Shown here: piece by piece, positions 55,004 to 64,000 of the stretch
How the letters are laid out: each line of letters starts with the position of its first letter
Position numbering within the stretch: the first letter of the stretch is position 1
From: Nitrospirota bacterium
GTDB taxonomy: Bacteria > Nitrospirota > Nitrospiria > Nitrospirales > NS-4
Reading direction: 5' to 3'
NCBI GenBank assembly: GCA_963788195.1
Contig: CAWBGA010000013.1
Location: forward strand, 288,001-352,000
DNA: 64,000 bases
Position numbers and translations under genes: made by a program
The notes under the pieces: generated by a model
Databases searched by the model: none
The model's input: the letters and a program-made list of their open reading frames with translations, nothing else
Told to the model about the DNA's origin: nothing

Positions 55004-55762
55004 TCAGTGATTGCAGGCCGGACCATGCTGATGGGCGTGCCCCTGCGTCGGCCGGAGCTCCGGGACCGCCGAGCCCGGCAGCACGAGGCGGCTTTTTCCC
55101 CGCTGAGTTTCCTCACGAATCGCGGCGGAAACATCCTCCTCGCCCGCGACAACGATCCTCGGCTGGTCCGTCCCCTGGCTCGTCAGGTGCGCGGCGACCG
55201 CAGGGTGGTCTGCTGAAAAGCATCCGATAAGACCGGTAATGAAACGATTGGATTGAAGCCCAGTGCCTGAGAACTGGGTGACCAAATGCAGGGCGAGGTC
55301 GACAACCTCCTGTGCCTCTTCCTGACCGATTTTTTCCTGCGCCAGGTATGCTTTGAACTCCTTATGCAGATACTGGGAGAAAGCCGGGACAGTCGGGGCC
55401 GGGAAATGCAGCGGACTTAACAGCCGCCGGATGAACTCGAGTGCTGCAATCACCTCGCCGTCGAGAGCTGTGGATTTGTCGTGAAAGTAGCTGAAACAGA
55501 CCACCTCAATAAGGTTCAGCAGGCCAGTGGCCTTCTCTGTGCCGACCTCCAATAGCTGCTGATACGTTCGCCGACGGTCCTGACGGAAGAGTTCGCCCAC
55601 CCGGTGGCGTTGGTAGTCCGTGCCGGCCTCGAGATAGGGGCAGTCGGGCGGGCAGTGCAGAGTCGTCAAGCGATATTCCCCGCAGCACGCGGAGCAGATA
55701 GAGTCTGTCAGAGCGGGGCAGAAACGTTTGGCTTTCGCCGTATGGCAATAGGCGCACTTCAT
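55004..55762 (-). CDS. Cys/His-rich hypothetical protein
   Basis: Starts MKCAYCHTAKAKRFCPAL...CSACCG...CPPDCPYL at a TAATG overlap; ends HAHQHGPACNH. Confidence 0.75.
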   Translation of the reverse strand: MKCAYCHTAKAKRFCPALTDSICSACCGEYRLTTLHCPPDCPYLEAGTDYQRHRVGELFRQDRRRTYQQLLEVGTEKATGLLNLIEVVCFSYFHDKSTALDGEVIAALEFIRRLLSPLHFPAPTVPAFSQYLHKEFKAYLAQEKIGQEEAQEVVDLALHLVTQFSGTGLQSNRFITGLIGCFSADHPAVAAHLTSQGTDQPRIVVAGEEDVSAAIREETQRGKSRLVLPGSAVPELRPTQGHAHQHGPACNH

Positions 55763-56689
55763 TATTTCATATCGCGTCCGAGGCCGTTGATCTCCGCAAC
55801 ATTTGCGGCAAGATACGGCACCAGAATGACATGGTGTTTGCGGTCGACCGCCAGCCCGGCCGGCGTTGTCAGAAATTCGGCGATGGTATGAATCCGCAAT
55901 TGCGGGCCAATCCGAAAAATTTTGCCTTGGGAGTAGTCCGAGACGTACATGCTTCCACGACCGTCGAAATCGACGCCCATGAGGTTGCCGAAAGCGCGAG
56001 TTGAAAAACGAGTTCGAAAACAGCACCTTGATCGCCCCGTCGGCGGAAATCTCCAGAATACTTCCCGTATTCCAGCTGACGACGATCAGGGCGCCGGTTG
56101 AGGGATGCACCGCAAGTCCGTGCGGACCCGCCAGTGCCTTATTCTTGACGAACACGACCGGGCGGCCGGCGGACCGCAGGTCAACTTTATAAATCGTGTC
56201 GGTGCCCGAATCCGCGATATACAGCAGCCCATGGCCGTCGGAGGCCAGTCCCGTGAGAAAGTCCACCGGAAATGCGCTCAGGTCCACCCCCGGCACCGGG
56301 CGGCCCGATGGCAGCTCAAACCCGCGAACTTTATCAATGTCGGATACGTAGAGCGTCTTTCCCACAAGAGCCAGACCCCGGGGCGCATCGAGGGTCACTT
56401 TGTTTTGGCCACCTTCGATGAACTTCAGCTTGGTGATCTTGCCACCGACGTCGAGCTGGCTGATGAAGCCGTTATTATCGTGGCCGTCGGGGGCGCCATT
56501 CTGATTTGACACGTAGTACGTATCGGTGGCGGAATCGACGAGGACGCCCGCCGGATTGCTAAGGCCCGTAACTTGGAGGGCACGGGGATCGGTGGCCAAG
56601 GCGTGGACCCCCAAAACCGCCCAACACAGAATTTTAACAATACGCGTCACGACGCAGCGTTCACTCCGGTTTTTGGCACGAAACGTCAA
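55762..56689 (-). CDS. Periplasmic beta-propeller protein (SMP-30/gluconolactonase-like); indel near 55990
   Basis: GLSNPAGVL..YYVSNQNG...DNNGFIS, LDAPRGLAL..LYVSDI, GPHGLA, TPAGLAVD. Confidence 0.8.
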
Positions 56690-56704
56690 AATGTACTCCG
56701 ATTC

Positions 56705-56734
56705 TTGACTCCAAACAAGGGCCCTTGTTATGGT
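56705..56734 (+). promoter_or_regulatory. Putative sigma70 promoter for folD-metF-panB
   Basis: TTGACT-18 bp-TATGGT with TGn extension. Confidence 0.4.
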
Positions 56735-56805
56735 GCAACCTCACGCCCAAACAGTCTTTTCGAACCCTCTTCCCGTAGAAGAGTTATGCGCTTACGGGCG
56801 GGGCC

Positions 56806-57693
56806 ATGGTGGCCGGAGGAACAGTGGCGGCTCAGCTGATCGACGGCAAAGTGCTTTCACAGGCAGTGCGGGACAAAATTGCCCAGGAGGCGGCCTCGCT
56901 TTTCGCCCGGAGCGGCGTAAAGCCGGGGCTCGCGGCGATTCTCGTGGGGCATGATCCCGCCTCAGAGCTGTATGTAAGGAATAAACAGAAGGCCTGCGAA
57001 GCCGTCGGGATCTATGTCGCCGATCATAAGCTGCCTGAAAGCACCACGCAGGAAGAGTTACTGGCACTTATCGGCAAGGTCAACAAGGACCCCCGGATTC
57101 ACGGGATCCTTGTGCAACTTCCGCTTCCCAAGCAGATCGACAGCAAGGTGGTGCTGGAGGCGGTCTCGCCGGAGAAAGACGCCGACGGTTTTCACCCCTA
57201 CAACATCGGACGGCTCGTCGAAGGCCATCCGCTATTTGAGGCCTGCACGCCGAAGGGCGTCATCCATATGATCGAGTCCACCGGCACGGGCATTGCGGGC
57301 AAACGAGCCGTGGTTGTAGGCCGAAGCAACATTGTCGGAAAGCCGGTGGCGCTGATGCTCCTGCATCGCCATGCGACGGTGACCGTCTGTCATTCAAAAA
57401 CCAAGGATCTGCCGGCGGTTTGCCGCGAGGCCGACATTCTGGTGGTCGCTATCGGAAAGCCCAGGTTCGTCACCGCCGAGATGGTCCGTGACGGCGCAGT
57501 TGTCGTGGACGTAGGCGTCAATCGCATGCCAGACGGAAAATTTGTCGGAGACGTGGACTTTCAAGCGGTGAGCACAAAGGCTGCCTGGATTTCGCCGGTA
57601 CCGGGTGGTGTAGGTCCTATGACGATCGCGATGTTGCTCCAGAACACGCTGGAGTCCGCGCAGCGTGCCGCGGTTGCAGGAGGTGACCGTTAA
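56806..57693 (+). CDS. folD: Methylenetetrahydrofolate dehydrogenase/cyclohydrolase (start may be GTG at 56824)
   Basis: YVRNK, GILVQLPLP, KDADGFHP, GRSNIVGKP, SPVPGGVGPMT. Confidence 0.97.
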   Translation: MVAGGTVAAQLIDGKVLSQAVRDKIAQEAASLFARSGVKPGLAAILVGHDPASELYVRNKQKACEAVGIYVADHKLPESTTQEELLALIGKVNKDPRIHGILVQLPLPKQIDSKVVLEAVSPEKDADGFHPYNIGRLVEGHPLFEACTPKGVIHMIESTGTGIAGKRAVVVGRSNIVGKPVALMLLHRHATVTVCHSKTKDLPAVCREADILVVAIGKPRFVTAEMVRDGAVVVDVGVNRMPDGKFVGDVDFQAVSTKAAWISPVPGGVGPMTIAMLLQNTLESAQRAAVAGGDR

Positions 57694-58578
57694 GTGTCGA
57701 TCCCGCGGTTACAAGAAGCCTTTAACTCCGGCACATTCGTCACGACCGTTGAGTATAATCCGCCGAAAGGCACGGACGTCTCCACGCTCTTGGAGAACGC
57801 CAAGTCACTGGTCGGCAAGGTCCACGGCGTCAATGTCACGGACAACACAGCGGCGATTCTGCGGGCCGGGTCTATGTCGATCTGCCGCCTGCTGTACGAA
57901 ATGGGACACGATCCCGTGATGCAGATGACCTGCCGCGACCGCAACCGGCTGGCGATCCAGGCGGATCTGATGTCCGCGCACATTCTTGGGATACGCAACG
58001 TCCTGTGTCTGACGGGCGACTACCCGACGGTTGGCGATCACAAGGAGGCGAAGCCCGTCTACGATCTGGATTCGATCGGGGTGATGCACCTCATCCACTC
58101 ATTGAATCACGGGAAGGACATGGCGGGGCACAAGTTGTCCGGCATAACAGATCTATTTGTCGGCGCCGCCGTGACACCTGAGATGGATCCCCCGGGCCCG
58201 ATGATCGCCAAGTTTGAGGCCAAGGTAAATGCCGGGGCCCGTTTCTTTCAGACCCAGGCGTTCTATGACGTCGACCGTTTTAAGGCGTTCATGCAGTCGG
58301 TGCGCCGTTTCCCGGTGAAGGTGCTTGCCGGGATCCTGGTGCTACGATCGGCGAAGATGGCTGAGTTCATGAACGCGAACATTCCCGGCGTGGCCGTACC
58401 GCAGGAACTCATCGACGAACTTCGAGCCGCGGGCGATGAAAAGGCGCTCGATGTCGGCGTGCAGATTGCCGTGCGAATGATCAAAGCGGTGCGCGGCTCG
58501 TGTGACGGCGTGCATATCATGGCGATCAAGGCCGTAGACCGGCTGCCCGAGATTCTGCAGAAGGCGGAACTTGCATGA
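57694..58578 (+). CDS. metF: Methylenetetrahydrofolate reductase
   Basis: PPKG, NVTDN, TCRDRNRLAIQ, NVLCLTGD, AGARFFQTQ. Confidence 0.93.
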   Translation: MSIPRLQEAFNSGTFVTTVEYNPPKGTDVSTLLENAKSLVGKVHGVNVTDNTAAILRAGSMSICRLLYEMGHDPVMQMTCRDRNRLAIQADLMSAHILGIRNVLCLTGDYPTVGDHKEAKPVYDLDSIGVMHLIHSLNHGKDMAGHKLSGITDLFVGAAVTPEMDPPGPMIAKFEAKVNAGARFFQTQAFYDVDRFKAFMQSVRRFPVKVLAGILVLRSAKMAEFMNANIPGVAVPQELIDELRAAGDEKALDVGVQIAVRMIKAVRGSCDGVHIMAIKAVDRLPEILQKAELA

Positions 58579-59363
58579 CAGTCCCGGAGCTTCAACAACG
58601 GAAAGCCGAAGGCCGCAAGATCGTCATGGTCACGGCGTACGACGCGCTGTTCACGCGCATCATCGAGGAAGCGGGGATCGATACGGTACTGGTGGGCGAC
58701 TCGTTAGGTGTGGTCGTGCAAGGAAAAAAGGACACCCTGTCGGTCACCATGGAGGATATGCTGTATCATACCCGTCTGGTCGCCGGCGCCGCGGTACAGG
58801 CGCTTATCATTAGTGACATGCCCTTTCTTTCCTATCAGGTCAGCGTCGAGGAGACGGTGCGTAACGCCGGCATGTTTTTGCAGTCGGGCGCTGCGGCGGT
58901 CAAGCTCGAGGGTGGAGAGTCGGTGCTGGATCGCGTGCGTGCGCTGAACAGCTTCGGCATCCCGGTGCTCGGCCACATTGGGATGACGCCGCAGTCCATT
59001 CATCGCTACGGCGGGTACAAGGTCCAAGGCAAAGGGAAGGAGCCGGCTGCGCGTTTATTGGCTGAAGCCAGGGCCCTGGAGGAAGCCGGGGCGTTCGGGG
59101 TGGTGTTGGAAGCGATTCCGACGGACGTGGCCCGTACGATCACCGAAGCCCTGTCGATCCCGACCATTGGAATCGGCGCGGGTCCGCATTGCGACGGCCA
59201 GGTGCTCGTGCTCTATGACCTGCTCGGGCTCTTCGATGAGTTCAGGCCGAAGTTTGTCAAGCCCTACGCCCATCTGAAGGCCGACGCGTTGCAAGCGCTA
59301 CGGCGCTATCGCGAAGAGGTGGAACAAAAGAAGTTTCCGACCGACACTGAGAGCTACCATTAA
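58575..59363 (+). CDS. panB: 3-methyl-2-oxobutanoate hydroxymethyltransferase
   Basis: VTAYD, LVGDSLG, AVKLEGG, GHIGMTPQ, TIGIGAG..CDGQVLV. Confidence 0.97.
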   Translation: MTVPELQQRKAEGRKIVMVTAYDALFTRIIEEAGIDTVLVGDSLGVVVQGKKDTLSVTMEDMLYHTRLVAGAAVQALIISDMPFLSYQVSVEETVRNAGMFLQSGAAAVKLEGGESVLDRVRALNSFGIPVLGHIGMTPQSIHRYGGYKVQGKGKEPAARLLAEARALEEAGAFGVVLEAIPTDVARTITEALSIPTIGIGAGPHCDGQVLVLYDLLGLFDEFRPKFVKPYAHLKADALQALRRYREEVEQKKFPTDTESYH

Positions 59364-59391
59364 TAGGACTGTACACGTCACGCATCGAGCT

Positions 59392-59469
59392 GTCCCCATC
59401 GTCTAGTCTGGCCTAGGACGCGGCCCTTTCAAGGCTGCAACACGGGTTCAAATCCCGTTGGGGACACCA
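59392..59469 (+). tRNA. tRNA-Glu (TTC)
   Basis: GTCCCCA acceptor pairs with TGGGGAC-A-CCA; anticodon arm CGGCC-CTTTCAA-GGCTG; T-loop GGTTCAAATCC. Confidence 0.97.
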
Positions 59470-59680
59470 CAATTTTAAAAGACTTACAGCCTTTCTCCCT
59501 TTTGACTGAATCTTATGGGTGCCTAAATAGGGGGAACCCCATGCTCTGATTGCGCGAGAAGCGAGCATTTTTTCGTTTCTAGAAGGACCAAAAATTGCCC
59601 CAAAGTGTACTATTATATTAGCTTAGGTATTTAATTTTGGTTAGGTGACTGATTTTACGAAGAAGTTGGATCAGTTTTTC

Positions 59681-59695
59681 TGGCACAGCGCTTGC
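59681..59695 (+). promoter_or_regulatory. sigma54 (-24/-12) promoter of pilin gene
   Basis: TGGCAC-AGCGC-TTGC, exact consensus spacing, 40 nt upstream of the ATG. Confidence 0.85.
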
Positions 59696-59735
59696 GCTAT
59701 CCCCTCTTCAGCAACCGGCGAACAAGGGGGCGAGC

Positions 59736-60323
59736 ATGTCCAGTCGTATCACAGGTCAAAAAGGTTTTACGTTGATTGAGTTGATGATCGTCGTGGCGAT
59801 CATCGGGATCCTGGCGGCGATTGCCATCCCGAACTTCGTGCAGTATCAGTTGAAAGCGAAGACGTCTGAGGCCAAGACGAACGTCCAGGCCATCAGGACC
59901 GGCATGATAGCGATATCGGCCGAGCGGAGCTGTTCTCCTTCAATAGCCGCGGCCCCGTTGGCGATGCCGGTTGGGGGCGCGGTCACTGCTTGGCCTCCCT
60001 TTGCGGTGGCTACGACGGCTGGTCTTTGCGCGCCGCCTCCTGCTGTAGGTGTGGTCTATGCCGGTCAGTATGGCGATATTGGGTTCCTGCCTGCAGGCTC
60101 TGTCCGGTACTGGTATAACGTCGCATCCTTCCCGGGTGCTGCGACTGCCACACCTGGTGCCAATGGCTGCGCCAATCCTACGACCCCCGCGGCGGGTGCT
60201 GGAGCGGTGGGTAATCTTGGCTGGTTGGTCACGGCTGTCGGTGATCTGGATGGTGTGGGCGTTGCTGGCTACCAAGTGGGAGACACCGGCGGATTCCAAG
60301 ACTGCAATCCTGGTCAGTTCTAA
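59736..60323 (+). CDS. pilA: Type IVa pilin (PilA-like)
   Basis: Short leader MSSRITGQKG / FTLIELMIVVAIIGILAAIAIPNF; KTSEAKTN; four Cys in the globular domain. Confidence 0.9.
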   Translation: MSSRITGQKGFTLIELMIVVAIIGILAAIAIPNFVQYQLKAKTSEAKTNVQAIRTGMIAISAERSCSPSIAAAPLAMPVGGAVTAWPPFAVATTAGLCAPPPAVGVVYAGQYGDIGFLPAGSVRYWYNVASFPGAATATPGANGCANPTTPAAGAGAVGNLGWLVTAVGDLDGVGVAGYQVGDTGGFQDCNPGQF

Positions 60324-60599
60324 GTAACATTGAGCGCTCCCCGCCAGGGACTGCGAGTCTTTGGCCGGGCTTTAAATCCCCATCACCCCTGCCAAACGCC
60401 AAAGAGCCTGCTTTTAGGAATTTCCTAGAATATGGTTCCAGTGCCCAAATAGTGCCTATCACCAGTGTTTCCATATAGCCTTCAGACTCGCTCTCATGCG
60501 TATTGGTTGGCCCCTTAGTTGTTGTATTCATCTTGTTCCTGCACGGTTGTGACACTCAGTGTCATTCGTAGTCTATACCTGTAAAGTCCCTCGTAGGCG

Positions 60600-60641
60600 C
60601 TTTCAAGGCTGCAACACGGGTTCAAATCCCGTTGGGGACAC
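60600..60641 (+). repeat. att-like duplicate of tRNA-Glu 3' half
   Basis: ctttcaaggctgcaacacgggttcaaatcccgttggggacac, identical to 59426-59467. Confidence 0.95.
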
Positions 60642-60743
60642 TATATAAGTAGGTGCGTCGTTGAGGAGTCAGGCTGCCCGAGGCATCGCCGCCGATACAA
60701 CCAGAATACGAAAAAGTGTAACGTCACTGGTTTTCACTTAGCC

Positions 60744-60842
60744 CTATCTCTTCCATCGCCAAATCACCCATCCAATGAGAAGAAGGGGCACGATGACGAG
60801 AACGCCCCCCAGGATAACGGTTGCATCGAGCAGGAACGGCAT
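60744..60842 (-). CDS. Possible 32-aa single-TM small protein
   Basis: Manually translated MPFLLDATVILGGVLVIVPLLLIGWVIWRWKR; no clear RBS. Confidence 0.3.
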   Translation of the reverse strand: MPFLLDATVILGGVLVIVPLLLIGWVIWRWKR

Positions 60843-60940
60843 TCAGCCATAATGACAGCCAGGCCCCCGAAGACGATAGTACCCAAAGTGCTGCATCTCT
60901 AGGATTTCTCTCAAAGTGCTCTTAATAGTTCGAAAAGGAT

Positions 60941-61348
60941 TCAGCCCTCAGTGCGGTCGAGATATTGTCTGTAGAAAGTGACTGCTTCGTGTTTGGGGAG
61001 CATGCGACACCATTGTAAATGGCCGTCACGCACTTGAAACACATACCAACGACCTCTGCACTCTTCGAGATGGGTACCGGTGTATTCCGCCCTAATCCGC
61101 TGGCCAATAGTCGGTGCGTCGACCTTCCAAATGTTCGGTCGTCGACCGCCAATCGAAATGCGATCATTGGTCGTAAGAATTTCTTCCACATCTTCGGCAC
61201 AGGACATTTCCACGATTCCCACGATACAGTTACCATTGTGATCGTTCACAACTTTGGCATGCAGGACTGGGCCGATCCGTTCAAAGACATTGCGGAGGGC
61301 ATGATCGGTCGTATTCGGCGGGAGAGAAGTCACGTGCAGCTTATTCAT
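60941..61348 (-). CDS. RRM-domain RNA-binding protein with C-terminal extension
   Basis: KLHVTSLPPNTTDHALRNVFERIGPVLHAKVV...GIVEM (RNP2-like and degenerate RNP1). Confidence 0.7.
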   Translation of the reverse strand: MNKLHVTSLPPNTTDHALRNVFERIGPVLHAKVVNDHNGNCIVGIVEMSCAEDVEEILTTNDRISIGGRRPNIWKVDAPTIGQRIRAEYTGTHLEECRGRWYVFQVRDGHLQWCRMLPKHEAVTFYRQYLDRTEG

Positions 61349-62055
61349 GAGGAACTCATCTTACTGGGAAAGGAGGATGACCTCCGCATAGCCTTCGTAC
61401 AATACCGACCTTCGTAGCCAGTATATCTATTAAGGCGTGAAGGTCACCTTCACTCTCAACTGAGGTCCCATCTCTTCTCAAAGATTTATGCGAGTTATTT
61501 CTCCTGAGCCCGGCCCAAACGTGACGATGGGTGCTGAGCTAAGAAGCGCTCCGCGACGGCGTCGTCAATATAGCAATCGGCAATCCCGGTGCATATGCGA
61601 GTTCTGTGACTTCTGAAGACTGACCCGAAAAGAGGTTCTGCAATGCCGAAAAGAGGTCCTGAAAACTCAGGCACTTGCATCATAGAACGATGTCCAGCGG
61701 GATGCCTGCCTAATTATATGCATATTCTAGCTGAAGAAAAATTTGTACATTTTAATGTCCGGCGTGTCCAAAGGAAGGAGGAAACTGCGAGATGACTGAT
61801 CAGACTGATATTTACCAGTAATCAGTCATTCTGCTCAGTTGGCTGAAGGCAGAGAGATTATTCCTGACCACAGTGTGTAACCGACGTTCTAATTTGACCA
61901 AAATCAAGTCTGAAATAGGCAGCACTTGTCCTGGTTTGACAGGCCATGTCTCTGGCTCAAAACCTGCAAGGAAACCGGTGGGGTGCAGGTTCACCTGCGC
62001 TTCGGAGAGGGATGCCCACCGCCGGGAGTGGAACCTCTAGGAAGAAGGAGACCAC

Positions 62056-62655
62056 ATGGACCACGCCTTGGATGTATACGCCGAAGATACCCAGTCTATA
62101 GCCCAACTGAGGATTGGCCATGGCATTCTCCTCGTCAGCGCCAGTGGTCACATTCTTATGATAGATCAACGGGCCAGTGAGTTTTGCCGACAAATGAAGG
62201 ACATGACGGATGACGCAGTAGGGGTCTTACCTGTACCACTTGTAAAATTGGTGAAAGAGATTGCCGAGCTGCTCCAATTACGGAGTCATTCGAAGGACTG
62301 GGAGGATTTCAAAGTTAAGCGCGTCATCGAAGGCCGGGAGGGGAAGATCCTGGTTATGGGAATAGGGTTACCAGTGGCGGTAGGGCACAGGACTCTACCA
62401 GCCGTTCTCCTTACTATGGATGTCATCACAGCGCGGAGCACAGCTGTAAGGCGGCGCGAGGATTTTCTTCTGACGCCGAAAGAGAGGTCTGTGGTGGACT
62501 TTCTCTTGAAGGGTTGCACCAATAAGGAAATTGCTGAGGCCACGGGCGTCAAGGTACAGACTGCGAAGGAACACATCAAACATATAATGGAAAAGACTAA
62601 GACAACCACCCGCACAGGAATTATTATGGCTATAGCCGGTCCGCCACAAATGTGA
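62056..62655 (+). CDS. LuxR-type HTH regulator, paralog of 54319-54909
   Basis: LTPKERSVVDFLLKGCTNKEIA...KEHIKHIMEKTKTTTRTGI; shared KDWE.F..KRVI. Confidence 0.9.
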   Translation: MDHALDVYAEDTQSIAQLRIGHGILLVSASGHILMIDQRASEFCRQMKDMTDDAVGVLPVPLVKLVKEIAELLQLRSHSKDWEDFKVKRVIEGREGKILVMGIGLPVAVGHRTLPAVLLTMDVITARSTAVRRREDFLLTPKERSVVDFLLKGCTNKEIAEATGVKVQTAKEHIKHIMEKTKTTTRTGIIMAIAGPPQM

Positions 62656-63091
62656 TCCACTGTTCCCAGAATCCTCGCAAAAGTCGCTCGTCAACCCTGT
62701 GCACATAGCTCCAGCATCCCAGTATCCTCGATAGCCCCTGGAAAATGCCGTCTGGCTCCTTTCTCTGACACTAAGAGAAAGCATCTAAGCTTGAGCGGTC
62801 CTTACTTTGTCTTTTGTGGCCGTGCACTAGCAAAAATATCTTTCGGTCGAAGACCCTGTTCGTTTCTTCCCGTTGCTAAGACCCTTTCGGTTGAGTCCTG
62901 ACCTGTACGCCAATCCCTGCGGTACGCTGTGTAGATCACACACCTGCGCTTCAGGCATTCCGCCTCTTCTTATTCGAAGCCTCTAGTAATTCAGCATACA
63001 GAGGTGTGGCACTAAGGTTGCTCCCTGAAACGCTCAGCGCAGCGGGACACTGCCGCCCCGTGGATTAAGGCAAGGAGAACTGCGCCTGAAT

Positions 63092-64000
63092 ATGAAGCGA
63101 AGCTGGCCATCTATTGCTCTTACCGCCACCATGCTCACACTCACGATCAACGTATCGGGCTGGGCGGCGGAGTTCTCCGCAGGTACGAAAGAGACGCTGG
63201 GTCCGCGTTTTAGCGATGCGCCGCGATTGCACAAACGGCCCACGACACCCCCACAGGCGGAGTGGGGAGGAAGCCACGTCAGCGCTGCGTTACTGGAATG
63301 AGGTGGCGATTGATGCCAGCGGACTTGACCACACGCCTGTGGCGGCAGACGAGATACGTGTCTTCGGGGAGCAATTCGGCCCCGGGCGGGCAAGCCGTGC
63401 AATGGCAATCGTCCATATTGCGATCTTTGATGCGGTCAATGCGATCGCAGGTCACTATGAGAGCTATGCGGACCTTTTGCCGGTCCCCGCAGGTACGTCC
63501 ATTCATGCTGCTATCGCCCAGGCTGCACACGATACGCTTGTCGCGCTCTTCCCTTCGCAGATCCAACGGTTCAACGAGCTCCTTGCGGATGACCTGGGAA
63601 GCATTGCCGATGGCCATAAAAAGGCCGGCGGAATCCAGTTGGGACAACAGGCAGCCAGTGCGATCCTCGCCCTCAGGGCCAGTGATGGGTCACAACATCC
63701 TGAGCCGCGCGTCGGCATCGATTTCATCACCAGTAGCGAGCCGGGGAAGTGGCGCCAAGACCCGATCAGCGAAATCCCACTGGCGCTCGGCGCCCACTGG
63801 GGCGGCGTGAGGCCGTTTGTCCTCAAGTCCGCCGATCAGTTCCGCACACCGGTTCCGCCGTCCCTCAATAGCCCGGAGTATACGATGGCCTTCGCCGAGG
63901 TGAAGGCCTTAGGCGGCGACGGGGTGGTGACGCCCACGGTGCGCACCGCGGATCAAACACAGATCGGTATCTACTGGGCGTACGACGGGATGCCGAGCCT
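63092..64000 (+). CDS. Vanadium-dependent haloperoxidase family secreted protein (indel near 63270; runs off window)
   Basis: Signal peptide, then from 63285 LRYWNEVAIDASGLDH...GPGRASRAMAIVHIAIFDAVN...AAHDTLVALFP...WGGVRPF...EVKALGG...RTADQTQIGIYWAYDG. Confidence 0.82.

Larger units (their letters stand above)
59426..60641. mobile_element. tRNA-Glu-integrated mini genomic islet carrying a pilin gene; no integrase
   Basis: Identical 42-bp direct repeats at 59426-59467 and 60600-60641. Confidence 0.8.

Noticed and set aside
55004..56689. 561-aa beta-propeller/Cys-rich fusion in the ORF track
   Set aside because: The propeller continues in another frame to its own stop at 55762 and the Cys-rich gene starts at a TAATG overlap; the fusion results from one indel.
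56672..56690. sigma54 promoter upstream of folD (TTGGCACG)
   Set aside because: Lacks the -12 TTGC element at the required spacing.
60229..60555. Second cargo gene or integrase remnant inside the pilin islet
   Set aside because: The minus-strand ORF overlaps the pilin 3' end and has no tyrosine-recombinase or other recognisable motif.
60600..60641. Second tRNA-Glu gene
   Set aside because: Only the 3' half is present; no 5' acceptor strand, D-arm or CCA.

Overview
GC-rich bacterial genomic window. Gene content of the right half is reminiscent of Nitrospirota, which is an inference only. Many genes are split by single-base indels, most likely long-read or consensus errors, so coordinates of split genes are reconstructed and approximate. 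1-28 kb: an accessory envelope/sulfate-ester region containing two diverged copies of a module (HAD hydrolase, VapC/RHH toxin-antitoxin pair, small membrane protein, membrane-anchored formylglycine-generating enzyme, exported Cys-type sulfatases; five sulfatase genes in total). This region also holds an MltF-like transglycosylase, DUF2147, a DUF4410-like protein, a K+ channel-like protein, pqiA-pqiA-pqiB-pqiC and secreted proteins. 28.9-40 kb: multi-PAS kinase with NarL-type regulators, a GlcG/HbpS protein, an intact IS3-family element with a 3-bp target duplication, tandem YbaL-type antiporters and an aldose epimerase. 40-56 kb: a SEC-C-fused acyltransferase, a filamentous-haemagglutinin-type exoprotein, a PAS kinase, an AhpD-like/ArsS pair, small proteins and regulators. 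56.8-59.5 kb: folD-metF-panB-tRNA-Glu. The most striking feature is a 1174-bp integrase-less islet bounded by a perfect 42-bp duplication of the tRNA-Glu 3' half that begins exactly at the anticodon loop; its only clear cargo is a type IVa pilin gene with its own sigma54 promoter. The window ends in a vanadium haloperoxidase-family gene. A recurring CTGTCA-N4-TGACAG palindrome suggests a local NarL-type regulon.
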